Source of the DNA: a virus
Virus record (IMG/VR): IMGVR_UViG_3300042924_004713
Span: 64,001 to 128,000 of that record
DNA: 64,000 bases
Direction: 5' to 3' (one strand)
Shown here: positions 24,660 through 35,288 of the stretch, one piece after another
Position numbering within the stretch: position 1 is the first letter of the stretch
Layout: each line of letters starts with the position of its first letter
Notes under the pieces: generated by a model
Seen by the model: the letters and a program-made list of their open reading frames with translations, nothing else
Database searches by the model: none
Told to the model about the DNA's origin: nothing
Translations under genes and position numbers: made by a program

Positions 24660-25928
24660 ATGGCACAGACCACAGAAAACACCAAAGAAATTGCTAAGAA
24701 GTTCCAGAATCTTATCGGCCCCAGCCCTGCTGGACGCGAGCTTGAAAGTGTTGTTGAATTGCTAAGAACTGCTCGTATTGGCCTGTTGTTGAAAAGTAGC
24801 TTTTTCGGCAACCTTGCTACTCGACTAAAGTTGGTACCTGCTGATGAATGGTGCTCCACTGCTGCCACTGACGGTCGCAACTTTTATTTCAACTCTAAGT
24901 TTATCAAGATGCTGCAACCGCGTGAGCTAGAGTTTTTGTTTGGTCACGAAGTATTGCATGTGGTTTATGATCACTTTGGACGTCGCGGTTCTCGCAATCC
25001 ACAGTTGTGGAACGTGGCCAATGACTATTGTGTAAACTCCGACTTGAAAAAACATCATGTTGGGCAGTTCATTACCACTGTGCCCTGTTTGTATGACAGC
25101 AAATATGACGGCATGAGTTCAGAAGAGGTGTATGACCTTTTGTATGAAAACGCTGAAAAGATTGATATCGAAACCTTGGTAGATCGTTTGTTAGACGATC
25201 ACATGGAAGACCAAGGTGATGGTAATGAAGACAGTGAAGGTAAAGGACGCCCCAAGATCAGTGACGAGGAACGTGCAAAGATACGCGACGAAATCAAAGA
25301 AGCAATTCTAAACGCAGCCAGTACGTCCGAAGCAGGCAACATTCCGCTAGGAGTAAGACGCCTGATCAAGGATCTCACTGAGCCTGCACTGAACTGGCGT
25401 GAACTGTTGAGGTTAAATCTAGAAAGCACTATCAAGAGCGACTTTAGTTGGATGCGAGCCAGCCGCAGAGGTTGGCACATGGATGCTATCATGCCTGGCA
25501 TGCGCAACGACGAACAAATTGATATCGCAATTGCTATTGATGCATCTGGATCTATCAGTGAACTCATGCTGCGCGACTTCCTAAGTGAGGTACAAGGTAT
25601 CATGGATCAGTTCCAAACGTTCCGCATTCACTTGGTAACCTTTGACACCGAAGCCTACAATCCTGTTACATACAATTCGGACAATCTGGATACTATTTGT
25701 GACTATGAAATTGAAGGCGGTGGCGGCACTGATTTTGATTGTGTGTTTGAGTACCTAAAGAAAGAGCACATTGAGCCCAAACGTTTGATTGTGTTTACAG
25801 ACGGTTATCCGTTTGGTTCGTGGGGCGATGAGAACTACGCCGACACACTGTGGATCTTACACGGTACCAAAGAAATTGTGCCTCCCTGGGGACAATACGC
25901 TTACTACGAACAGCCCGGCAAAAGCTGA
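24660..25928 (+). CDS. VWA-like/putative metallopeptidase (DUF2201-type) partner of MoxR
   Basis: TAATDG, HEVLH, DASGS MIDAS, GGGGTDF, FTDG. Confidence 0.88.
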   Translation: MAQTTENTKEIAKKFQNLIGPSPAGRELESVVELLRTARIGLLLKSSFFGNLATRLKLVPADEWCSTAATDGRNFYFNSKFIKMLQPRELEFLFGHEVLHVVYDHFGRRGSRNPQLWNVANDYCVNSDLKKHHVGQFITTVPCLYDSKYDGMSSEEVYDLLYENAEKIDIETLVDRLLDDHMEDQGDGNEDSEGKGRPKISDEERAKIRDEIKEAILNAASTSEAGNIPLGVRRLIKDLTEPALNWRELLRLNLESTIKSDFSWMRASRRGWHMDAIMPGMRNDEQIDIAIAIDASGSISELMLRDFLSEVQGIMDQFQTFRIHLVTFDTEAYNPVTYNSDNLDTICDYEIEGGGGTDFDCVFEYLKKEHIEPKRLIVFTDGYPFGSWGDENYADTLWILHGTKEIVPPWGQYAYYEQPGKS

Positions 25929-26002
25929 TCAGTTTTGCCAAAAACACCGCAGATTTTACATCTGCGGTTTTTTCTTGGTTAAATATCTACAGGGAGATAA
26001 AC

Positions 26003-26266
26003 ATGGAACAAACAACTATTGAAGCAACAAATGACACCACAGTTCAAGAACACCAAGAACCACCATCAGTAAACGTACAGGACTTACAAGTACTAAGATC
26101 GTGCATTCAAATAGCTTGCACACGAGGTGCTTATCGAGCAGAAGAAATGCTCACAGTAGGTACTGCCTTTAACCGGTTGGATTCATTTTTGAAACACGTG
26201 GAAAACGCACAACCATCAGAAGCACAGGCGCCGGCCAGTACCACTGAACCCACACAAGGAGAATAA
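26003..26266 (+). CDS. hypothetical protein
   Basis: GGGAG RBS downstream of TAAATA. Confidence 0.75.
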   Translation: MEQTTIEATNDTTVQEHQEPPSVNVQDLQVLRSCIQIACTRGAYRAEEMLTVGTAFNRLDSFLKHVENAQPSEAQAPASTTEPTQGE

Positions 26267-26267
26267 C

Positions 26268-26978
26268 ATGTTTGTTAAACATATTGGAAAACACAACGAC
26301 CGTAAGGTTGCTGTGGTATTCCGCACTATTCCAGGCATGGATCATATGTGCTTGGTTATCTACCCAGAGACGCTTCCAGCTCATTGGCATGATGCTATTA
26401 TGAAAGTGCTTGAAAGCGATGTTGGGCAACAGGCTGAGGAATTCGCAGATGCGCTGCATCGTAATCTACTGCCCGATGGTCGCAACATTCTTGAAACTCT
26501 ACATCGAGAAGGTATGTTGAAAAAAGTCAATACTGAGCAAATCATTATGACACCAAGTACCACTAGCACTGTTAGACTAGATGAACTAAACAAGATATTG
26601 ACTGAAATGAAAACAGGCGAAGAGGCTAGAAAAAAACTAGCTGCCACCGACGCTAATCGCGGCCTAGTAGATGCGCCAACCAAACGTGCTGCTGAAGCGG
26701 ACTACAAAGCCAGTCGTGCTGCCTCTCAGCCACCTATGCAAGCCACTGCTAGCTCTGCTTTGTCAGATCAAGATCTGGCCAATAACATGTTAGCTCAGGC
26801 CAAACGCATGGAGGTGGAAGCACAGTCAATGATCCAAGAAGCCAAGCGCATGAAAAAAGAAGCTGAAAATCTTTATCCAAATGCTTTCCCCAAGGAGATC
26901 GTGCAAGACACCGTTACCAAACCACGTCCAGTAGGACGCCCTAAAAAACAGGTAGCAGTGGCACATGAATCTCAGTGA
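26268..26978 (+). CDS. hypothetical protein (coiled coil, C-terminal GRPKK hook)
   Basis: AAGGAG RBS. Confidence 0.8.
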   Translation: MFVKHIGKHNDRKVAVVFRTIPGMDHMCLVIYPETLPAHWHDAIMKVLESDVGQQAEEFADALHRNLLPDGRNILETLHREGMLKKVNTEQIIMTPSTTSTVRLDELNKILTEMKTGEEARKKLAATDANRGLVDAPTKRAAEADYKASRAASQPPMQATASSALSDQDLANNMLAQAKRMEVEAQSMIQEAKRMKKEAENLYPNAFPKEIVQDTVTKPRPVGRPKKQVAVAHESQ

Positions 26979-27273
26979 TGACTTTTTTGAAAGGTGGGAA
27001 CACATCATATCTGGTATTGACGAAAAAACAGCAATACCACTTGAATGTATCAAGAAGGTCATCATTAGACTTGATGGACGTCGCCGAAAAACCATAAACT
27101 TTCAGACCTTGAAAAAACAGGGTCTGGCTTTGGAAGAAATAGAAATACTGATCACAAGGCAACTGGCTGAACTGTCAGATGAAGTACATGATGTAGAATT
27201 TGTACTTGACATTCCAGCAGTTGCCGAAATGGTTCAACCTCATACCAACAAAATCCTTAACGGACTAAAATGA
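26965..27273 (+). CDS. hypothetical protein
   Basis: Overlap-coupled ORF. Confidence 0.75.
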   Translation: MNLSDDFFERWEHIISGIDEKTAIPLECIKKVIIRLDGRRRKTINFQTLKKQGLALEEIEILITRQLAELSDEVHDVEFVLDIPAVAEMVQPHTNKILNGLK

Positions 27274-27923
27274 AAGTAAAATTGATCAGCTATAGCCAGC
27301 CGGTAGAAATACCGGGTGTGCTAGATGCTCAGGAACTCATTGCCTTTTGTGCTCGTGTTAGTAATCCTAGCAACCAGACCAACAGTGAGACCAGTGAAAA
27401 ATTGATTGGTTACTTGATCAAGCACCAACACTGGAGTCCATTGGAAATGGTTTCTGCTTGCCTTGAGATTACAACCACCCGAGACATAGCCCGACAAATT
27501 CTACGACATCGCAGTTTTAGCTTTCAAGAGTTCAGTCAACGTTATGCTGATCCCACAAAGGATCTAAACTTTGTGACCAGAGAAGCCCGATTACAGGATC
27601 CCAAGAATCGCCAAAACTCTATTGAAACTGACAACACTGACTTACAAGAACACTGGGCAGCACGCCAACGTTTCGTAATTGAAGCAGCACGTCAGGCCTA
27701 TACCTGGGCTATTGAAAATGGCATTGCTAAAGAACAAGCTAGAGCAGTGTTGCCCGAAGGCCTAACAGAAAGTAGATTGTACATGAATGGTACTCTAAGA
27801 TCTTGGGTACACTACATTGATCTACGCAGAGCGCATGGCACACAAAAAGAACATCAAGAAATCGCACTGGCCTGTGCAGAAGTCATTGCCAAGATATTTC
27901 CTTTGATTCAACAAACAACCTAA
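27270..27923 (+). CDS. thyX: FAD-dependent thymidylate synthase
   Basis: HWSPLE, RHRSFSFQEFSQRY signature. Confidence 0.96.
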   Translation: MKVKLISYSQPVEIPGVLDAQELIAFCARVSNPSNQTNSETSEKLIGYLIKHQHWSPLEMVSACLEITTTRDIARQILRHRSFSFQEFSQRYADPTKDLNFVTREARLQDPKNRQNSIETDNTDLQEHWAARQRFVIEAARQAYTWAIENGIAKEQARAVLPEGLTESRLYMNGTLRSWVHYIDLRRAHGTQKEHQEIALACAEVIAKIFPLIQQTT

Positions 27924-27932
27924 GGTGTACAC

Positions 27933-28586
27933 ATGCCAAACCCCGACTTTGGTATGTGGAAAGACTATCAACAGCTGGCCAAGATCAAGTCTGGCGGCGC
28001 AAGAGTAGCGGATAGGCAGTTCTGGGCTGTTGGTTGTAGTATCACACATGGCGTGGGTGTGGCTACCGAACAAACCTGGAAACACTTGGTCAGTAACACA
28101 CTTGCCCTGCCCTATACAGATCTAAGTGCTTCTGGTAGCAGCGTATTATGGCAAAGCGATCAAATCTGTCAGAGTCAAATACAATCTGGCGATTTGGTTC
28201 TTTGGGCTATCACAGTTCCTCCGAGACTGCCTGTGATTCGCAATCAAGATCTATTTCATCTTACGCCCGGTGAATATCATCATGATCCACAGATAAATCA
28301 GGAGTTTCCAATTGACTTGCTCACCCATCCCACTCTAGTGTATCATAACATACAAGCAGTTCGCCGTGCAGAAAATATTTGTAAACTGGTTGGTGCAAGG
28401 TTGATTGTGCAAAGTGTGTTGTATGATTTTGATAATGCTCGCGATCTATATGGTGTGCGTGATTACTGTGCATCCTGTTCTAGCCCAGACCAATGGCAAG
28501 ATCTTGGAACCGATAGCATGCATCCAGGTCCCAAACAACATGAAATTTTTGCCAAGACTTTTTTAACTTTAATAGATCCAAATTGA
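27933..28586 (+). CDS. SGNH/GDSL-like hydrolase
   Basis: GCSITHG and D-x-x-HP motifs. Confidence 0.65.
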   Translation: MPNPDFGMWKDYQQLAKIKSGGARVADRQFWAVGCSITHGVGVATEQTWKHLVSNTLALPYTDLSASGSSVLWQSDQICQSQIQSGDLVLWAITVPPRLPVIRNQDLFHLTPGEYHHDPQINQEFPIDLLTHPTLVYHNIQAVRRAENICKLVGARLIVQSVLYDFDNARDLYGVRDYCASCSSPDQWQDLGTDSMHPGPKQHEIFAKTFLTLIDPN

Positions 28587-28828
28587 AACTGACTTTCCAT
28601 ACATTTACACTAGGCGATGTATCAGACGTAGAAATCTATGCTGGTGCGGCCATACATGAATGGCAGAATACTGCCCATGGACAATGGGTCATGGAAAACG
28701 CACAAGATCTTGTATGGACCACTCTACACGATCCTCAATCATTTGGACACAAAGTTCGTATCCTTGGTAAACTAAACGATCCTCGTAAAGTAACTGAATA
28801 CTATCTAAAATGGCCCGAAAAATCATAG
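28583..28828 (+). CDS. hypothetical protein
   Basis: TTG start overlapping the upstream stop; YYLKW C-terminus. Confidence 0.65.
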   Translation: MKLTFHTFTLGDVSDVEIYAGAAIHEWQNTAHGQWVMENAQDLVWTTLHDPQSFGHKVRILGKLNDPRKVTEYYLKWPEKS

Positions 28829-29436
28829 TTGTATCAGCCCACCCGGATGACCTTGAAATAGGCTGCGCAGGTTCTCTGCGTCGCTGGCAGCAGGAAGGCG
28901 CAGAAATTGTCAGTATTATCACAGTGCGCCCCAGTGTTGAAGACAATCGTCGACGTACAAAAGAAATGGTATGGCGTGAACTCAATGCCAGTTACGACAT
29001 CAGTGGTTGGCAGTGTTTGGTTATGAACACTGACTTGCATGCCAATGGGCGTCCTAATCTTGTATGTGACAATGTCACAATGACTGCACTTGGAAATTTT
29101 ATATCAACATGTGATCTTGCTATCTTACCAAGTCCAGAAGACAGTCATCAAGATCATAGAAACACCTACCACTTGGCGTTGCCTTTGTTACGCAACCGAG
29201 CCAAGGAAATCTGGACCATGAGTCATTGGCCTTACAATGCTTGGCATGATTCTAGACCGCGTATCACTGTAGGAATAAGTCAACAATGGGACTTTAAGCA
29301 GACTCTGCTGGAGTGTTATAGCAGTTACCTAGATACAGACGATATTGAAAGTATTCGCAGAGACAACATGGCAGCTGGTGTCAAACATGGATTTAGATAC
29401 GCAGAAACATTTGACCTAGTGAGCCGGCATGAATAA
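28810..29436 (+). CDS. PIG-L/LmbE family N-deacetylase
   Basis: AHPDDLE and HQDH motifs. Confidence 0.88.
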   Translation: MARKIIVVSAHPDDLEIGCAGSLRRWQQEGAEIVSIITVRPSVEDNRRRTKEMVWRELNASYDISGWQCLVMNTDLHANGRPNLVCDNVTMTALGNFISTCDLAILPSPEDSHQDHRNTYHLALPLLRNRAKEIWTMSHWPYNAWHDSRPRITVGISQQWDFKQTLLECYSSYLDTDDIESIRRDNMAAGVKHGFRYAETFDLVSRHE

Positions 29437-30472
29437 AATCACACTGTTTCAAAATCAACGTAATTGGCAACAAATACGCAATCAGGTATTTGATCTAGTG
29501 GATCAAGACAGTGCTACCGGCCAGGCACAGAATACAAAATTAGTGATCAAACTTGAACAGCGTCTAGCAGAACAGTATGATAGAAGATATTGTGTTACCA
29601 CTGCTAGTTGCACAGACGCATTGATAATTGCATTGACATGTCTGAACCTGCCTCCTCGCAGTGTGGTAGCGGTTTCTAACTATACATTTGTGGCCACTGC
29701 TCATGCAATCTCCCGAGCAGGATACACAGTCAAACCAGTGGATGTTATGTCAAACTATTGTATTGATGCCGACCAAATACCACAAGAAGCCAAGGCTGTG
29801 GTTGTTGCGGACATGTTTGGCAACATGAGCGATTGGAGCCGGCTGCAAAAACTCAACATTCCTATCATCAATGACGCGGCTCAGAGCATGGAAAGTTGGC
29901 ATGGTGCATACAGTGCCAGCTTTGGCGATATCAGTTGTGTGAGTTTTAGTCCTAGTAAACCCATATCCAGTTGGGGTAGCGGTGGTGCGCTATTCACTGA
30001 TGACATTGATGTGGCTATCAAAGCCAAATCACTTAGACTGCACGGTAGATACAACAAACAACACACTTCGCATCACGCAGGTATGAATTCGATGTTGAGT
30101 GGATTTGAAGCAGCCTGCATCTGGGCTGCATTAGACAGATCAGAGCAGTGGCGTGATAGGCGTCAACAGATTGCCGAGCAGTTGATTAGCAGTGCAAAAC
30201 TACCCACAGCCACTGACCCAGCTATCATGAAACATGGTTATCAAAAACTTGTGTTTCAAAGTTTTGATCGCGACGGCTATCTACAGCATCTAAGTGATCA
30301 TGGTATCGCTACTGCCATACACTATAACAATTTAGTAAACGACGAACCGTTGTATCATAGTAGTATGATGTTGCCACAGAGTTCACAGTTAAAAGAAATA
30401 TCTTTTACAGTTCCCAATCAACATTCATTAACTGATGAAGAAGTTGAGCAAATTGCAAAGGCATTAAAATGA
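29429..30472 (+). CDS. DegT/DnrJ/EryC1/StrS sugar aminotransferase
   Basis: DAAQS, SFSPSKP, GGAL motifs. Confidence 0.9.
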   Translation: MNKITLFQNQRNWQQIRNQVFDLVDQDSATGQAQNTKLVIKLEQRLAEQYDRRYCVTTASCTDALIIALTCLNLPPRSVVAVSNYTFVATAHAISRAGYTVKPVDVMSNYCIDADQIPQEAKAVVVADMFGNMSDWSRLQKLNIPIINDAAQSMESWHGAYSASFGDISCVSFSPSKPISSWGSGGALFTDDIDVAIKAKSLRLHGRYNKQHTSHHAGMNSMLSGFEAACIWAALDRSEQWRDRRQQIAEQLISSAKLPTATDPAIMKHGYQKLVFQSFDRDGYLQHLSDHGIATAIHYNNLVNDEPLYHSSMMLPQSSQLKEISFTVPNQHSLTDEEVEQIAKALK

Positions 30473-31434
30473 AAATACTTGTACTTGGGGGTCATGGTTT
30501 CATAGGACACCATATCACAAAAATGTTAATTAATCAAGGACATGACGTACATGTTGTTGATTGTCATCATGACTATGGTGAATATCCCAAGTGGGAATTT
30601 GATTCTGTAATGAATCAACGAGTAGATTTCATAGGTGATCATGCTATATGGTTTGGTGATGTAACCAATGCAGATTTCATGAATCGTGTGTTCATGGAAG
30701 TGCAGCCCGAACGTGTGATAGACTTGGCTACCTATCCCAATGCCAAGATGGTCAAGAAGAATGTAGTTGATGCCACAGTGAACATGATTGCTGCTACTGC
30801 TCTTGCTCTTGAACTTTGTGTGCGTTACAAAGTCAACAGATTCGTTTTGGCCAGCAGTTCCATGGTGTACGGAGATTTCAACAAGTTTGATGGACAGCCC
30901 AACGAAGAGTCCTTCTGTGATCCTCTCACACTCTATGGCAGTTATAAACTTCAAACAGAACGCATGTGCAAAATATGGCACAAAGAATATGGCTTGAATT
31001 ACACTATTCTCAGGCCCAGCGCATTGTACGGACCACGAGACATGGTAGTGCGAGTGATATCAAAAATGACCGTGTCAGCAATGACTGATCGTGTAATTGA
31101 AGTTCACGGTGCAGACAACCGCCTGGATTTTAGTTATGTTACTGATGTGGCTGCTGCGTTTGTCACAGCAGCTCTACACGATGATGCTGTGAATCAGATC
31201 TATAATTGTACTCGCGGACGTGGACGTACTATAGGTGAAGCCGCAGAAATCATTCAAAGCAGAATTCTAAGTCGTATTGAATACAAACCAGCCGACGACT
31301 TTTATCCTAACCGGGACACTCTAGATAGTTCCAAACTTACCAAGCTAGGCTGGCAACCAAAGGTTGACATCGAGCAAGGTATTGAAAACTATCTTGATTG
31401 GTTTCTTGAGCAAAAATACATATCAAGATTCTAA
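30469..31434 (+). CDS. NAD-dependent epimerase/dehydratase
   Basis: GGHGFIG, SSSMVYG, YGSYK. Confidence 0.9.
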   Translation: MKILVLGGHGFIGHHITKMLINQGHDVHVVDCHHDYGEYPKWEFDSVMNQRVDFIGDHAIWFGDVTNADFMNRVFMEVQPERVIDLATYPNAKMVKKNVVDATVNMIAATALALELCVRYKVNRFVLASSSMVYGDFNKFDGQPNEESFCDPLTLYGSYKLQTERMCKIWHKEYGLNYTILRPSALYGPRDMVVRVISKMTVSAMTDRVIEVHGADNRLDFSYVTDVAAAFVTAALHDDAVNQIYNCTRGRGRTIGEAAEIIQSRILSRIEYKPADDFYPNRDTLDSSKLTKLGWQPKVDIEQGIENYLDWFLEQKYISRF

Positions 31435-33030
31435 CCAGAGCTCGCGGCCATATTTGGCACGATAGTAATCTTGACACCATTGCCAATCAAAGCTGAGCTT
31501 GAGCATTTCTAGATCGCCATTCACGCTTTGATAATAGTCAACACCGTCTTGGGCACCTTGTAAACAGTATTCTGCGTTTTGTCCTTGAGCCTTGGTGCAC
31601 CATACTTCTAGTCTGTGTTCAATTTCAATGTCTGCTCCAAGATCCACTTCACGTCTGAGTTTCATGGTTTCTCTAAAAGCACTACGCCAAGTGATCCACG
31701 GATCAGTGTTAAAGCGAGATATACTGGCAACAATTGGCACCACTGTGTGAGCAGCACTAAGTGTAAAATCTAGTCCAGGCACAGTGTCCAACACCAACTG
31801 ACGATTGTACAAATTAATGTTCATGGCACCGTATTCAAGGCCATTGAGAGGATTACGACTATGAAAGATGTAGTGCTTGGGCTGTTGCATTCTATCAGGT
31901 TGAAAGTCAAAGGCAAATTCAGGCAACACTTCTGTCTTGGCAAACACTGCAAAGAACCAAGGAGTTGTGCTTGACCTAGCTGCTGCTTTGTATGCAGCTT
32001 CCCTTCCAGTTACACCTTCACTGCGTCGGGCACGTGGACAGAGTTTCACAAGAGTCTGCCAATTTTCTTCGGCCATGGGCTCACCATTGCTGATAAACAC
32101 CACGTCCTGTGGTTGATCAATCACACGATCCTGATAGGTTTTATTGATATATGGATAGTCATACAACTGCGTTTTGATGTAAGGAATAGAACGTTGAGGT
32201 ACCAGCACGCTGGATGCGCCTTTACTGAGAGGTGTGATGGTTTGACTCTGTTCTCTCCAAAGACTCACAGTGGGTATGTCCACCTGATCAATATTCACAC
32301 AGGTAAACAATTCAATAGGTGCAGAAAATTCATGCTGTTTTACGGACTGCACATGACTGTCTTGTTGATGCCAATTCACAGGCACATGATGTCTTGGCAC
32401 TGATATATCAGACACAAAGTTTACTGGAGCCCAGTCTAATAGTTCTGCTGTGGCTAGATTTTTTTTGGCCATGGCAACATCTAGATAAAAAGTGTCACCA
32501 AACTTTTGTTCATCGCTAGCAAACACATGTATCATGTTATCTTGCCATGGCTCAGGATGCCAACTAAAGTCAAAGTTCTTGTAATCACAAACACTGCTAA
32601 CTATCCAGAGTTTTGATTGAGTTGCTGTGTTACAGATTCGTCTGAGTGTGTCTAGGTAGCTGTTAGCGAATCTTACTTGTTTTGAATATTCAACAGAAAC
32701 AGAGTTATTGTTGCCGTGATTTATCATGATCACGTCACTCATGGGCTTGCGTGGTACAACTTGGGAATGATAATTAGTGTCGTTGAAACCTTGTTTGGGC
32801 ACCAAGCAGGTACCACCATCAACCTGCCATTGGCTGGGCCACACATGACGTTGATCTTTTTCCCATGGTACTGGTTCCCAAAGAAAATCAAAACCAGTGT
32901 AGTCCGATAAGTAGTTCACTACCCAGAAAAATCTTGTGTTACACATTTCCTGTGCATGTTGTAAATCTCGAGCAGCTCGCTCGTGAGCAAACAAATTAGG
33001 TTTTTTGTCAAAATAAAATACATCAAACAT
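31423..33030 (-). CDS. glycosyltransferase-like repeat protein
   Basis: Repeated FDFxWxP...HV modules; C-terminal DVVFISNGE...WRSAFRE domain paralogous to 48449-49345. Confidence 0.6.
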   Translation of the reverse strand: MFDVFYFDKKPNLFAHERAARDLQHAQEMCNTRFFWVVNYLSDYTGFDFLWEPVPWEKDQRHVWPSQWQVDGGTCLVPKQGFNDTNYHSQVVPRKPMSDVIMINHGNNNSVSVEYSKQVRFANSYLDTLRRICNTATQSKLWIVSSVCDYKNFDFSWHPEPWQDNMIHVFASDEQKFGDTFYLDVAMAKKNLATAELLDWAPVNFVSDISVPRHHVPVNWHQQDSHVQSVKQHEFSAPIELFTCVNIDQVDIPTVSLWREQSQTITPLSKGASSVLVPQRSIPYIKTQLYDYPYINKTYQDRVIDQPQDVVFISNGEPMAEENWQTLVKLCPRARRSEGVTGREAAYKAAARSSTTPWFFAVFAKTEVLPEFAFDFQPDRMQQPKHYIFHSRNPLNGLEYGAMNINLYNRQLVLDTVPGLDFTLSAAHTVVPIVASISRFNTDPWITWRSAFRETMKLRREVDLGADIEIEHRLEVWCTKAQGQNAEYCLQGAQDGVDYYQSVNGDLEMLKLSFDWQWCQDYYRAKYGRELWLES

Positions 33031-34126
33031 GATTAGAATTGAAGAGATATATGCCAATACGTTTTGGTCCTATCTCCGTCGGAACGTTCCACGAACAAGG
33101 CTTTGGTTTCTAGATCCACCGGGGCATGTAGGAGTTGAATATTTAAGGAGTTATGCATCATCCGGTGGAGAATTAAATTATCTGCTGGCTTTTGATCAAG
33201 AACCTCTTGAAATGTCAAGAATTATGCCTATAGCCAATCATATCTGTGATTTTGAAAACAACACGCTCACGGGACCAGGAGTAGGCGGGATCATCACCAG
33301 CGAGTACAACAGTAACACAGTTCGTAGACTTTGTCAACTACTTGGTTGGCAAAGTTTCTACTATTTTTTCAACGGCTGGGCAGCACTGGATTGGTTCAGA
33401 GGTTACAATAGAACTTTTGTGGTTGAACCTTTTGATAGCAGAAATATTACCAAAACATTCTTGTCGCCTAATCGTATCGTTGCAGGTGAAAGATCTCATA
33501 GGCTAGTGCTGATGTATCATATTCTAAAACACAAACTCGCTCATAACCACATCAGTTTTCCGTTGATATGCCCTGCTGAAAACGTTTCAGTGTATACTGC
33601 GTCAGAAAAACTTTTATCAGTATATCCAGACATTCATGCTGTGTTTGAATCCGCTGGCTTGCCTCTGGCTTTTGATGAGCCCGCAGTTCCAAGTTATGCA
33701 AGTGCCAGATTAGACCTACACGAGCAGGCCAGTGAAAGTCTAGTTTATGTTATAAACGAAACAGTAGGCACTGGACAAAGGCAACACCTCACAGAAAAAA
33801 CCTTCAAACCAATTTGTATGCAAATGCCATTTGTAATGGCTAGTACTGCACACAGTTTGAGTTATCTTCGTCAGTATGGATTTGAAACATTCAGCAGTGT
33901 GTGGAACGAAAGTTACGATCAAGAAACTAACGATCTAAAACGCATGCAACTTGTGGCTGATTTATTAGCATGGTTAGAACACAGTGATCATACCAAGGTG
34001 TTTGCACAGTGCCGTGATATAGTCCTACACAATTACAATCATTTTTACAACGGTGGCTTTGAAGCTATCTTGTGGCAAGAACTTGAGATGATGCTTGATG
34101 ATATACGCTCTAAACTTTTTGTTTGA
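33029..34126 (+). CDS. TEK-x-x-KPI family glycosyltransferase-like protein (paralog 1)
   Basis: ET...LTEKTFKPI...PF...LRQYGFETF...ESYD. Confidence 0.6.
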   Translation: MIRIEEIYANTFWSYLRRNVPRTRLWFLDPPGHVGVEYLRSYASSGGELNYLLAFDQEPLEMSRIMPIANHICDFENNTLTGPGVGGIITSEYNSNTVRRLCQLLGWQSFYYFFNGWAALDWFRGYNRTFVVEPFDSRNITKTFLSPNRIVAGERSHRLVLMYHILKHKLAHNHISFPLICPAENVSVYTASEKLLSVYPDIHAVFESAGLPLAFDEPAVPSYASARLDLHEQASESLVYVINETVGTGQRQHLTEKTFKPICMQMPFVMASTAHSLSYLRQYGFETFSSVWNESYDQETNDLKRMQLVADLLAWLEHSDHTKVFAQCRDIVLHNYNHFYNGGFEAILWQELEMMLDDIRSKLFV

Positions 34127-35288
34127 TCGTTGGCAAGACAAAAAACCCTATCCTAACCTGATGCCCATGGGCGACCTAAGCAATGGCTACGGAGAGTTGG
34201 GTCAACAGTTTCCCTTTGTGGTCCCGCTACGATTGTTTTATTACAGTGCTGATCATGGTTTTCCTCTGTATACATTTGATCTTGAGTCTGAGTTACCACA
34301 GCCTTGTTTCTATCCCATAGCTCTGGGCTTTTTTAACTTTGACATTGACTACTTTGATCTAGTTCCAACTAGAGTAATGAATCTGGTTAAAAACCGTAGT
34401 GTTAGAATACTTTTTTATTACCACGAAGGAGACAATCCTCAGCAGGAGCAAATTAGACTTGATGAATTATGCAGCACACATAACCTTGATCCGGACTGCT
34501 ATCGATTTGTGAGTGGCAACACTGCGGCAAAGTCAATTGATCGCTTTGTTTACTTTCCTGATCATGAGTTGTTTTATTGGAGAGCCAACAAAAAACAACC
34601 AGCACTAACATGGAATGATGCACCTAGATTAAAAAACTCCACTGCGTTGAGTAGAATACACAAATGGTGGCGAGCTACTGTAATGGCAGATCTGCATCGC
34701 AGAGGTTATCTTGATCAAAGTTTTTGGAGCTACAATCTGCTGGATGTAAGTGATCAGCCTACTGACAATCCTATTGAGGTTGCCTGGTTCCCCGGACTAG
34801 AAAGCTATATTGAAAATTTTTTAGCCAACGCTCCATATCGCTGCGATGATCTCACGGCAGAACAACACAACCGCCATCACACTTTGGTACCAGGACATTT
34901 TCAAGAAAGTTACTTTAACATTGTGTTAGAAACCATGTTTGATGCAGATCAAAGTGGAGGAACTTTTTTAACAGAAAAAACTTTCAAACCTATCAAACAT
35001 GCACAGCCATTTGTGCTTTTTGCTCCTAAAAACAGTTTGGTCACACTGCGTGAACTTGGATATCGTACCTACGATCATGCTATCATGAACTACTATGACT
35101 CTGTGGAAGACAATACACAGAGATATCTACATGCACAGGCTGCTGTGCATGTTTTGATGTCACAGGACCTTTTTAGATGGTCTCAACAGTGCAAACAGGA
35201 TGCTGTGTTTAACCAACAGCACTTTTTGTCATCAAAATTTGACAGATTAAATAACCTTGCTAAATTACTGTATGACTCCATTAGTTAA
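34098..35288 (+). CDS. TEK-x-x-KPI family glycosyltransferase-like protein (paralog 2)
   Basis: IVLET...FLTEKTFKPI...LGYRTY. Confidence 0.6.
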   Translation: MIYALNFLFDRWQDKKPYPNLMPMGDLSNGYGELGQQFPFVVPLRLFYYSADHGFPLYTFDLESELPQPCFYPIALGFFNFDIDYFDLVPTRVMNLVKNRSVRILFYYHEGDNPQQEQIRLDELCSTHNLDPDCYRFVSGNTAAKSIDRFVYFPDHELFYWRANKKQPALTWNDAPRLKNSTALSRIHKWWRATVMADLHRRGYLDQSFWSYNLLDVSDQPTDNPIEVAWFPGLESYIENFLANAPYRCDDLTAEQHNRHHTLVPGHFQESYFNIVLETMFDADQSGGTFLTEKTFKPIKHAQPFVLFAPKNSLVTLRELGYRTYDHAIMNYYDSVEDNTQRYLHAQAAVHVLMSQDLFRWSQQCKQDAVFNQQHFLSSKFDRLNNLAKLLYDSIS

